From positions 1,426,056-1,490,055 of the forward strand of contig NW_003314288.1 of assembly GCF_000143415.4 (NCBI RefSeq): a stretch of DNA of 64,000 nucleotides. Reading direction: 5' to 3'. Both the position numbers and the translations under genes were made by a program. Positions 1-10,812 of this stretch are shown here, in pieces; position 1 is the stretch's first letter, and each line of letters starts with the position of its first letter. Under the pieces are notes generated by a model. It was not told the origin of the DNA. It saw nothing but the letters and a program-made list of their open reading frames with translations, and made no database searches. The stretch is from Selaginella moellendorffii. Lineage: Eukaryota > Plantae > Lycopodiophyta.

Positions 1-41
1 ATATAAAAGGGATTTATGGTGCTGGACAAAGTCGTATCACG

Positions 42-3000
42 TTGAAGTCAGAAGGACATCCTGATGTATCCTTTCAGTTGCAAAAGCGTTCCTCAAAAGA
101 TTGGGATGCAAAGTTCCTGACTGCGAGGGCCGTTCAAAAAGCAGCTAAGAGGGGATGTCAGACCTTTTGGGTTCAAGTGATGGAAGCTGAGGGTGTTGGT
201 GACTCAGTACGAATCGGCGATGGGGTTGATCCTGTACCAAAAAGGATATTGGAGTTGTTGGCGAGGAATCAGGATATCTTTCCGAAGGATTTGCCGCCAG
301 GGCTACCTCCTAGCCGTGAGGTTGATCATCGGATTGAGATTATTCCGGGTTCTAAGCCACCTACAAAGGCTCCATATCGGTTGAACATCAAGGAGATGGC
401 TGAACTCAAGAAGCAACTCACGGAGCTTCTTGACAAAGGTCATATCCGACCAAGCAAGTCACCTTATGGAGCGCCGGTCCTCTTCGTTATGAAGAAGGAT
501 GGAACCATGAGGATGTGTATTGACTATCGGGCACTCAACAAGATCACGGTTAAAAACAGTTATCCTTTGCCTCGCATTGATGACTTGTTTGACCAACTCT
601 TAAAGGCTAAGTATTTTACGCGACTTGATTTGCGGTCCGGGTATCATCAGATACGGGTGGCAGATCAGGATGTGGAGAAGACAGCCTTTAAGACTCGGTA
701 CGGATCTTATGAGTTCCTTGTCATGCCATTTGGATTATGCAATGCTCCGGGAACGTTCAGCACTATGATGGATAGAATATTCGGAGATTACTTGGATGCA
801 TTTGTTGTCCTGTATATTGACGATGTTCTTGTCTTTAGTGAGACGTTGGAGGATCATTTGAAACACTTGGAGCTGGTGTTTCAGAAATTGCGCAAACACA
901 AACTGTATGCTAAGGAAAGTAAATGCGCTTTTGGTCAATTGCGCGTAAACTTTCTGGGACATATAGTTGGTGGTGGCGTGATTGAGGTCGATCCAAAGAA
1001 GGTGGAAGCGGTGAAGTCCTGGGAAGTCCCGACCACTGTATCAGATGTTCGTTCCTTTCTCGGTTTGGCGGGATACTATCGCAAGTTTGTCCGCAATTTT
1101 GCAAGGATTGCTCTTCCGTTGACTGAGTTGACAAAGAGTAGTGTTCCGTTTCATTGGACACCAACTTGCCAGTGTGCTTTTGCACGGTTGAAGGAGATCT
1201 TGACTACGGTTCCTGTTCTCAGGATCCCAGATCTTGATAAACCTTTCGAAGTGCATTGTGATGCATCTGGCTATGCTATCGGTGCCGTGTTGCAGCAAGA
1301 TTGTGACAAAGCGGTTGGTGTTACGCTAAGGCGACATGGTTGTCCCGTTGCATTCTATTCCAAGAAATTGGATGAGACTCAACAAAGATGGCCAACGCAT
1401 GAGAAAGAGATGTTTGCTATAGTGTCGGCCCTGGAACACTGGAGACACTACTTGGGTGGACATACCAAGGTTTATACAGATAGTAACACACTGAGCTACT
1501 TTGCTACGTAGCCTAAGCTTATGCCGAAGCAGGCTCGTTGGCAAGAGAAGCTTGCTAGATATGATATTGAAATCATATATAAACCTGGTAAAGACAATAT
1601 TGTTCCGGATGCGTTGAGTCGTCAAGCTCAATTCTGGGCAATATCGGCAATCAGTTCGGACTGGTTGGAAGACGTTCGGGCTTCATATGAAAGTGATCCA
1701 TTGGCGAAGGCAATCTTATGCCGTGCGGGGTTGTTGAAGCAGAGCCCTGGTAGCGAAGCAGCAAAAGTTGCTAGTCGCACTAATGCGCAACTTCACTTCT
1801 CAGTTCGGGATGGGCTTATATTCTATAAGCAAGAAAGATTGTATCTTCCCTCTAAGGATCTTCAGCAGTTATTTTTGCGGGAACATCATGATGTTCCGGC
1901 AGCGGGACATGGTGGACAGCGAAAGACTCTAGCTTCATTGAAAAAGGGATTTTTCTGGTCTGGTATAGAAGGCGATGTAGTGGACTATGTCCGTTCCTGC
2001 CCTATATGCCAGCAATGTAAGCGCAAAGCTGAGAAGCAGGCTGGAAAGTTGCAGTGCATTCCAGTACCGGCATGGCCATTTCAAAGCGTGACACTTGATT
2101 TCATCACTTGCTTGCCGAAGTCTAAGGTTTATGATACTTTGATGGTGGTTGTGGATCGGTTGTCAAAGATTGCACACTTCATTCCAACTGTGGGAACAGT
2201 GAATGCGAAACAAGCAGCAAAGCTCTTTTTCCATGAAGTAGTGCGAGTTCGTGGTCTTCCTGAAGAGATGATCTCAGATAGAGATTCAAGGTTTACGGGG
2301 AAGTTTTGGGGCACACTGTTCCAGTTGTTTGGTACCAAGTTGAAGTTTAGTACGGCTTATCATCCTCAAACTGATGGGCAGACCGAACGGGTGAATGCTC
2401 AAGTTGAGGATTATCTGCGGTACTATGTCGCAGCGGACCAACGCGACTAGGTTGAGCATTTGGATACAGCAGAAATATGTTATAACAACACATTTCACAG
2501 CGCTGTCGGCTGTTCTCCATGGGAGATGCTGCAAGGAAATGCTCGTGGGGTTCCTCAACAGATTGTTGTACCAAAACCAATGTCCGAGGTGTTGGTCCCA
2601 GCCGTTGAGACTTATGCGGAGCAGCTACGCCAAGGTTGGTCTAGAGCTACTGAGGCAATGGGCAAAGCTCAGGATAGGTATCGACGTGATAAGGATCAGC
2701 ATCGTCGGGATGTATCCTATCAAGTGGGAGATCAGGTGTAGCTATCTTCCCGAAACTTGAACATTAAGGGTTCTCTGTCTCGGAAGCTCTTGCCGAGATA
2801 TATTGGACCCTATCGGGTGTTGCGGCGCATTGGTAATGTATCCTATCAATTGGATCTTCCTGTGGAGATGTCCAGTATTCATAATGTATTTCATGCCAAT
2901 CTCTTGGCTCCATACACTATGGATGATGCACATCAAGCGGAGATTCGTCCACCACCAGAAGTTGTGGATGGTGAACCTGAATATGAAGTGGAAGCTATTT

Positions 3001-3152
3001 TGGGTACACGCTGGCTTAAGCGTGCCAAACGTCGGGAGTATCTAGTTAAGTGGAAAGGTTACCCATCTTGTGAATCAACTTGGGAGCCTCTTAGTAATCT
3101 TACACATGCTCGTGAGCTTGTCACGACATATGAGAATCGTAATAAAGATTAG
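42..3152 (+). pseudogene. pol: Ty3/gypsy chromovirus pol (RT, RNase H, integrase, chromodomain), interrupted by three in-frame TAG stops
   Basis: ORFs 42-1511, 1521-2450, 2460-2741 and 2757-3152 share one frame. Motifs: RT ([14 protein letters not shown]), RNase H ([12 protein letters not shown]), integrase HHCC zinc finger and core (LDFIT, SDRD, QTERVN), GPY and chromodomain (EYEVEAIL...YLVKWKGY...TWEP). Confidence 0.97.
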
Positions 3153-3747
3153 CTTTTGTAAATCTTGTAATCAATCTTGCAAATCAATAAAGTAATATAT
3201 TTCTATAAATCAAAATGTCGTTTCTCTTGTTCGTTCATAATTGGGTCAGTTTTGGCAGGCTGACTTCGGCACTTCGGTGCATGGGTCCAATCCATAACCA
3301 TGGGGATAACTATTATAGACTGATCACAAGTCCCCGCCTCTCTCTCGATGGCTCATTTTCGAAAAGGGGTGTGGTTGTGTAAACAACTTAATCTGCCAGT
3401 TTATAGTAGTTATCTAAATCTTCCCGACGGGGTTGATTTCTTGCTCAGGGGAAGTTGGGCCTCTGGCCTTCTCCCTATATCCCTGCGGGCAGGGATGTAT
3501 CATTCCTTTGTAAGCCGAGTGGTCCTCGGAGCAGCAAGGGTGGTTAACTCTGTTAGTCATTTCCTTGTCGGTGACGGCCGGAGGGTGTCTAAGTCTTAAC
3601 GTCTTTGGACATAGAGGAGAGGTAGTTCCCTAACTCATTTAAGTCGGTGTGTTTCCCACATAGTGTGCTTTCCGTTAACTTTCGGAGTTGTTTCCTTGAC
3701 GGTTTGCTAGACTCGGGTACACATCGACGAGGACGTCGATCTTCCCT

Positions 3748-3760
3748 AAGGGGGGGAGAG
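3748..3760 (+). promoter_or_regulatory. Polypurine tract of the chromovirus, directly before the 3' LTR
   Basis: AAGGGGGGGAGAG followed immediately by TG at 3761, downstream of pol. Confidence 0.85.
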
Positions 3761-4690
3761 TGTCGCGAATGTGACTTCGGGTATCGAAAGATACTTGTCG
3801 ACCAGTCCTTACGGGCACTCTTTCCTTACTGCCATGACGGTAGGAGGTCGGTACTGCTGGTTCCCTTTATTGGCCCCTCTTGTCCAAGTGTTAGTAAACT
3901 GGACTTAGCATCTGTATTTGGCCGGATGAGCATAAGGAAGGAATTCCTAAGTGTCTATTTAGCCAAGCATACTTGGCCCGGCTTGTTAGTTCTCTTTTGC
4001 TCTGTCTTGCACTGGCTTGGCAAGAACCCTCGTGTATTGAGACTAGTCCCTCAATATCGCCGGATGATAGCTTACCGTGTCTGCCAAACACCCTCGCTAT
4101 CACACCCTTTGTGTTGGTCTCATTTCAGTCCCGAATGCTATTTATGGAAGGTGTCTAGATTAGCTCATTTGGCATATCTACGGAATATAGAGATCGGTCT
4201 GAACACAATGGTGTTCATCCCATGTCCAAATTCGCAATCTAAGGACATTCCATATTTAGTAAGTTTCGGACTTGTCCCAGAGACTAACTCCTGGTACTAA
4301 GGGAGGCTTGGGGTGAAAGCCCAAAGCGTGTGTCCCTCAAGGGGGGGGGGGGCTGTGGGGGGTTCCAAATGTATAGTAGGGATAGTGGTTGGAATGCATG
4401 TCCGACCACCTGAGACATTAGTTTGGCTCCCGCTGGGCTGTGTCGCTCCTTGTTCTGCGTCCGGCTTGGGTCTAAGCCCAAGCTCCACACTGCTCTAGTC
4501 GGTGGAGTACCCTCCTTCTCGCGTTAGGCCACCGGTATGCCAAAATTGTGCCAGACTCCGTCTGACACCATTTTGCGTGCAGGTGCTGGATACGGGGAGC
4601 TGGTGCTCGTGGGATTGTACCGGACCCTCGTTTCGTAGCGCAACGGGCTTGGAGTTCGGCTCCAAATTCAGGTGTGCTACACAGTCCCAA
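3761..4690 (+). mobile_element. 3' LTR (family A) of the chromovirus; right boundary uncertain, merges into an oppositely oriented family-B LTR fragment
   Basis: Starts with TG after the PPT. 4127-4580 is repeated at about 52003-52460. Confidence 0.65.
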
Positions 4691-6475
4691 CCAAGTCCTG
4701 TCCTACCCATGGCCGCATTCACCAACACTGCCACTGGGTCAAGGCTCATAGGCCCGACCACTAAGTCCCAATGCCCTCTGGGACTTCCTCACTGTGTGAC
4801 TATGTCCTTAGTCACTATGCCAGAGGTCTACTCCTCTTCCTTTCCACAGTCTAGGATTTTGGGGGAACATTTCGAAACATCATGGCCCTACACGAGCCAC
4901 CTGGGTACTCTCCCGGCCTTTCGCACTTGGGTGCTCTAGCCATGGGCTTAGAGCGAGGTTCCGTTGAGCCACGCCTGGTATCCAAGTAGGTAGTGCCACC
5001 CACACTTGGACTAGGAGCATCGGCCAGTCGATCACCTGGGGGAACTAAAGCTGGCTCTTGAACACTGCACCAAGCTACCCCGCTTGTCGGTCTATATTCA
5101 CTCTCGTCTTGGACTTCCCAATGGTCAGTTTATCACCCAACATTGAGTATGGCCTTCCTGGGCTAAACTAGCCTTTCCTGGCCAAATTGGCTCCACTGGG
5201 CTCCAACCCCCACACTCTCCCCACTATACTTTTGGAACCCCCTGCAGCCCCCCCTCCCCCTCCTTGGGGGACAATTGCTTTGGGCTTTCACCCAACTTGG
5301 GCCTCGGTCTTAGTCTCGGACTCGGTCTCGGTCTCGGTTCCATTTCGGACTCCATCTCGAACTCATGTAAGCTCCTGAGTTTGGACTTCCCAGGAGGTCA
5401 CTTAGCCCAGTACTATTCAAACCCAAGGACACTTTAACCTCAAATATCGCAAGACCCTTAACCAATTGGAAAAAAGGGTGCACTCTTGTTCATGGGCCCT
5501 TTCCTTCTATATTTAAACCCCATGAACTGTCTCTCAAATCGTTCTCTTTGGTTGCTTACAATTCACCATGCTTCCCTACAAGTTCACGCCCTGTCGTTTT
5601 CTTAACACCCTACCCTTCGGGTCGAGCCCAGTCATTCTCTTTGGTTGCTTACAATCCACCATACTTCCCTGCAAGTTTACGCCCTGTCGTTCTCTTAACA
5701 CCCTACCCCTCGGGTCGAGCCCAGTGGGAGCAAGCTGGACCAACCAGATGTCAATCAATATGTGGTGTGATTCCCCTTCTCTTAACACCCTACCCCTCGG
5801 GTCGAGCCCAGCGGGAGCAAGTTGGATCAACCAAATGTCAATCAATATGTGGTGTGATTCCCCTAACCAACCAACAAAGTCGGACCCGAGACCCCTCTAA
5901 TACCAAATGTAAACGCTTGAGTTTGGACTTCCCAAGAGGTCACCCAGCCCAGTACTATTCAAACCCAAAAACGCTTAACTCCAACTATCCCAAGACCCTT
6001 AACCGATTGGAAAAAGGGGTGCACTCTTGTTCATGGGCCCTTTCCCTCTATATTTGAACCCCATGGACCGTCTCTCAAGTCGTTTTCTTTGGTTGCTTAC
6101 AACTCCATCTCGGACTCCATCTCGGGTTCATCTTGGACTCCATCTCGGGTCTATCTCGGACTCCATCTCGGGTCTATCTCGGACTCCATCTTGGGTCCAT
6201 CTCAGACTCCATCTCGGGTCCATCTTGGACTCCATCTCGGACTCTTCCACATGTCATGTGTTAGTCCTTTTTGGGTCCTTTTTTGGAGCCTTGCTTATTG
6301 GTTGCCTCGTGCTCGCTCCTCGAGTACTTTGTTGGGAGTTCCACTCTCGCTCTTGACCTTCTAAGTCGGAGCTTTTAATCCAAACGTGTTACACTTGTTT
6401 GGCTTTCGCTTCGGCCACTACCACGTGGCACCCTTTCTGTCTCCACTTTGGGGCTTAGGGATTTTGTGTCTTACA
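4690..6475 (-). mobile_element. Partial family-B LTR interrupted by a Cassandra TRIM
   Basis: Colinear with about 27700-28952. Ends GGATTTTGTGTCTTACA like the other family-B LTRs and contains the same (GGACTCCATCTC)n repeats. Confidence 0.8.
5366..6101 (-). mobile_element. Cassandra-type TRIM (non-autonomous LTR retrotransposon with 5S rRNA-like LTR core)
   Basis: Two TG..CA LTRs of about 195 bp (5366-5560, 5908-6101). Each contains GGACTTCCCA(G/A)GAGGTCAC..AGCCCAGTACTA..CCCAA...CTTAAC, the reverse complement of the 5S rRNA internal promoter region. Met-type PBS (TGGTATTAGAG, minus strand, about 5895-5905), PPT-like tract at 5561-5577, near-TSD ACTCA/ACTCC. Confidence 0.88.
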
Positions 6476-7169
6476 GTAATGTACTTACCCTTATTTTTTA
6501 TGGGAAAATTATTAGTATTTTGGATTCACACGAAAACAAAAGGGAGGATTCTTAAGTAATTTTCAAAAACCCCGACCAAATCTAAAGTGTTGGGGGGGTC
6601 ATTTTATTTTAAGGGAAGTTGTTAAAAATTATTCCAGAAATATTCGAGAAGATTCTTAAATTAGGGTTTGGCATGCCTGAAGTTCTGATCTTGTGGCACG
6701 GCCCGAGAATTAAAACATGGCAGCAGCCGCGGAGATTTATGAGGAGGTGGAGGAAGCAGGTAATCCGATTTTAGGGTTGGAAGAGGAAACAGAGCTCTGG
6801 GAAATGGGGCCGATCGAGCTGGATCTGGGCCTGCTCGTGCTCTATCTTCACCAACAGGAGGAGGAAGAGGTGCCCATGGAGGGAGAGGTGGCCATGGAGT
6901 GGGAGGAGGGCGCGGGGTGGCCGGGGTTGGCCGCGGATCTCTGAATCTGGCCCCGGGAGGATTAGGCCATGGTTCTGAGGCCGCTCGAGGGGGAGGAGGA
7001 GGCCATGGTTCTACTCTAGGAGGAGGACGCCGCGGTTCTTCTCCGGGAGCAGGAGGCCATGGATCATCGCCAGGAGGAGGCCAAGCCTCGGTGGGAGGAG
7101 CCGAAGCCACAGCGGGAGGAGTCCAAGCCGCGCCCGGAGGAGCCCCAGCCACGTCCGGAGGAGTCGATC

Positions 7170-7871
7170 CAATTCGCAACATCAACAGGTACTTGATGTC
7201 TGGTGCTGGAACCGACTGGCTCCCTCCGGAGTGCGATATCTCCATCAGGCCCGGTTGGTTTTGGCACAGGAACGAGGCTCCAAAATCCCTGGAGCAGCTG
7301 CTCGACGTTTTCTACAAATCATCCGCCAGGAACTGCTTGCTCCTGCTCAACGTCCCTCCAAACTCGTCGGGACTGATTGACGAATCCGACTTCCAGACGC
7401 TGGAGCGGTTTAGCTCCGCCATAGATTCCATCTTCAGTGTCAACTTAGCAGCGAATCCCTTGTCCGTGACAGCAAGCCGCGTTCGCAGCTCTTCGTTCGG
7501 GCCGAAGCAAATCCTTGACGAGTGTATGGAAACTTTCTGGGCTCCAATGCAAGGGGAGTCGACCGGCTGGATCGAGCTTGATCTTGGCAAGGTCTCAAAG
7601 TTCAACGCACTGGAGATCCGAGAGCCAGTAAACATGGGACAAGGGGTCATGGAATATCACGTCGAGGCATGGGACAGCGAGCTGGGCTGGTACCTGGTGA
7701 GCAACGGTAGCACCATTGGTTACAGGAAAGTGGATCGACTGGAAGAGGATCAAGAATGCGCTGCTCGGCTCGTTCCGACTGCTGATTGACGCGTCGCGGG
7801 GAGATCCATTGATCTGCTTCTTTGGTTTGTACTTCGATATGTACAACCTCAGGCACTTGTCTTCTATTTAG
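7170..7871 (+). pseudogene. 5'-truncated alpha-L-fucosidase (GH29, plant FUC1-like) C-terminal half, frameshifted near the end
   Basis: WLPPECDISIRPGWFWH...KSLEQLLDVFYKS..RNCLLLLNVPPNSSGLI followed by an F5/8-like domain (EPVNMGQ..., TIGYRK). The tail LLIDASRGDPLICFFGLY is in another frame. The N-terminal catalytic part is absent and replaced by a Gly-rich stretch. Confidence 0.85.
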
Positions 7872-8354
7872 AAGAGAAACTACAAGAGGATATGTATATT
7901 TCTTTTCAGGTATGAGAAACATAGCTTTGGGTTGGAAATCCCTGGCCTGATCAATAACAGTCTCTTTGCATCACTCCTAACAGATTGGAGCCTAGAGAAC
8001 AACCAAAAAAAATCAAGAGCTAGCCCTCTACCCTTTGAGCTCGTGGAAAGTACCCTTGCATGGAGGTGGCAGCTGGTTAAACTTGAGAAGTTAGCTTGTC
8101 TGGAGGACCTCCTGTTGCTCCTGCTTCCTCACCACAAAATCACACCTGCAAACACATGTCTAAACATTGAACTAGTACTTCTTAGATTTAAAAGCTTTGA
8201 AAATACATTAGAACATCTTTTTGCCATGTAGTCAATGGGATGACCATTATTAAAATGTTTTTAATTTATAAACACAAAATTATTCTAAATAAATATCAAC
8301 AATTAAATTATAGAATATTCAAGAATACCCAGGTATATCCTATGTCGGTTTGCT

Positions 8355-10812
8355 TAATCAAACCAAAAATATAGTGCCTAAATTAAAGAAATACTCAAAG
8401 GTGTAAATGACTATAACTTAACTGAAGCCATAAAAGATAGGTATTGTGGAAAAATAAAGAATATGTGTGTGCAAATACTAAACAGGTAATACACCTTGTG
8501 GGTGTTCTTTTGCAAATAGCCTGCAGAAAAAAAGCTATTAAAATAAATATTTGATTTGTAAAGAATACTTGATGAATTAAAAATATGAGCTTATATAACA
8601 CTTTTTCTCCATCTATCATGTCATAAAGGACAAAGTAGCAACCTATTTAAATTATAACTCAATGTAGATTAAAATCACTAAAGGATGATCCTAATAATTC
8701 AAAACAACTATTATACTCGTCTCAAAAGGCTAGCAATATTCTAATCTGAATACCAATACTGGATTTGGAATGATGCTAGACTGGAAGATTAAAGGGAATT
8801 GAAGTATATCTCTAGTTGAGTCTAGTATTCCTAAGAGTTTAAGAATGATTAAGATTGTACTCCAATATGTTAGTTTTGAAAAATTTCATATACTTATATT
8901 CCATGATATTGGAAGAGAAGGGAATAGATTGGTCACGAAACATTGAACAAGTGCTAGTTGCCATTGAAGAAGCAATAGTGCTCTATACAACAACATTATA
9001 TATAAAACTCCACCCTGCAGAATAGAAAGAAAGTTTTCAAAGGGAATGGATGAGTAGGAAATGGCACTTGTGATATTTCTTATTTCCAATGGGGAGAATT
9101 GTTTGGGATGTTGAGCATCCCTGATTGCTATGCTAGATAATATGTTTGATAACATATGTCAAACTTCTCATCATCAAATTACTTAACTATCCTTCATTAT
9201 GCATATATTAATTCCTAAAGCTCTCCAAGGATTTGGTTCTTGACAGATTATGGCATTGACTTTGCGGAAGATTTGATAAATTTCCTTGTAAAATCGCCTT
9301 GCATACATGCTTTGCAAAGAACAATACAGTCAACATAGATTAAGCCCATCATAAAAGTGGGCCAATTGTCTTTAAACTTAATTCTCTGTATCAACATCCA
9401 ACGAAGCCTTCGTAAATGCTAGCCATCAACGAATGGGCTGAGGCCCAGCTCCAGCAACATGCTGTGCAATGCTTCGCAAGTGGAGAGGATAACATATGGA
9501 ACACAGAGAGAACATATGAAGCATGTCGGGAGGCAATGAATGTTAAGTGCAGTCAGCAATGCAAGATCCAATGCTGCTGTTGTGAATTTCAGCAGCAGCA
9601 CTGCACTCCTCCTGCTCCACATCAGTGCCATGCTAGGCGTGGCAATCCAGATTCTCAAAACCATGCCGGTGAGAGTGAGCCGTGGAAGTCTCTCATGGGC
9701 TCTTGTTGAAAGTGGGAAGTAGTGGTGTGGAAAGCTTGCGTTTGAGGTGCAGGTGGAGATGGGCTCATTGCAGTAAGGTGATAGCTCGTTCCCATTGTCT
9801 TCCTTTTGTATCCTATCTCCCTCCAGATGCATGGGACACCACGGACTCATACGCGAGAGGCGGAGGACTATGCTCCTCATGAAGACTCTCCTATGCTCAA
9901 TCCTCTGTGCGTCCCGCTCTCCATCCATGGGGGATGGGGCGGCTCATGGAATGGCTGGATATCAAAGATCGATGTTTGGGTCAACACATCAAGTCTGAGC
10001 TGCTCTGAAGATGTTCTCCAGCATCACATAAGGCAATGCATCACTCACAAGGCTGGACTGGCACGTAAATTCCGCAGCATGCATCCCTCGATTCATCTCC
10101 CCGTGGTTTTTACACGCGGTAAGAAATGTTGCCCATGCAACTCCATCAGCTGGCAAAGCATATTCTCCAGGACATCCTCGGCCTCTTCCAATTGCCCTAG
10201 CCGTCCTAGAGCATCAACAATGCAGGTGTAGTGGTCTTGCGAAGGGTCCAATCCATTGTCAAAGCTCATTGCCGTGAAGTAGCTTACTGCTTCCTTGACG
10301 AGCCCCAGATGGCTACATGCCGTCAAAACGAGGGCAAACGCTGCCCTGTCGGGATCAAAGCTGTGAAGAAACATCGCCCAAAATAGCTGGATCGCAGAAT
10401 ACGTATGGCTGGTCTGGGCATATGCTGCTAGCATCGTGTTCCAGGAGACTAAATTCCAAGTTGGTATTCTATCAAATGTCTTCTTTGCCTCACAAATATT
10501 TGCATCTAAAGCGTATGCCATGAGAATTGTGTTCCATGAATAGGAATCCCAGCAGCAACACAAAGAAAACCCTCGTATAGCGTCTTTGAAATGATCTCTC
10601 TGGGCATAAACAGCGATTATCAAGTTCCATGAAACAAGATCTCTGTGTGGCTTTGCTTCAAACAATTGTTTTCCTTGATCAGCATCGCCTTTTTGTGTGT
10701 ATGACTTGATCATAATTGTCCACAAAAGTATGCTGTGCAGAGGCATCCTATCAAACAAACTCTTAGCTTGAATCAAATCCCCATTTTGGGCATAGTAGTA
10801 GTGCATTGCGTT
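8355..10812 (-). repeat. Inverted segmental duplicate of about 18487-20810 (PPR 3' half plus downstream DNA)
   Basis: The reverse complement matches 18487-20810 along its length, for example 8359-8398 vs 20770-20809, and the PPR peptides are near-identical. Confidence 0.9.
9995..10812 (-). pseudogene. 5'-truncated PLS-class PPR gene copy abutting a gypsy integrase fragment
   Basis: PPR repeats (FDRMP..., VSWNTMLAAYAQ, LTACSHLGLV, HYTCIVDALGRLGQLEEAE). The first 28 aa or so of ORF 10093-10896 are integrase-derived (DRLTKYVRLL). Confidence 0.9.

Noticed and set aside
1509-2741. Programmed readthrough or RNA editing of the in-frame TAG stops in pol
   Set aside because: The stops fall at conserved Gln/Trp positions inside domains and match the window-wide transition decay.
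3647-4939. ORFs 3647-4300 and 4502-4939 as an env-like or extra gene
   Set aside because: They span the PPT and LTR, show no motifs and are not kept open in homologous LTR copies.
5380-5440. 5S rRNA gene
   Set aside because: Only the internal 55-60 bp resembles 5S and it lies inside TG..CA LTRs, so it is Cassandra-derived.
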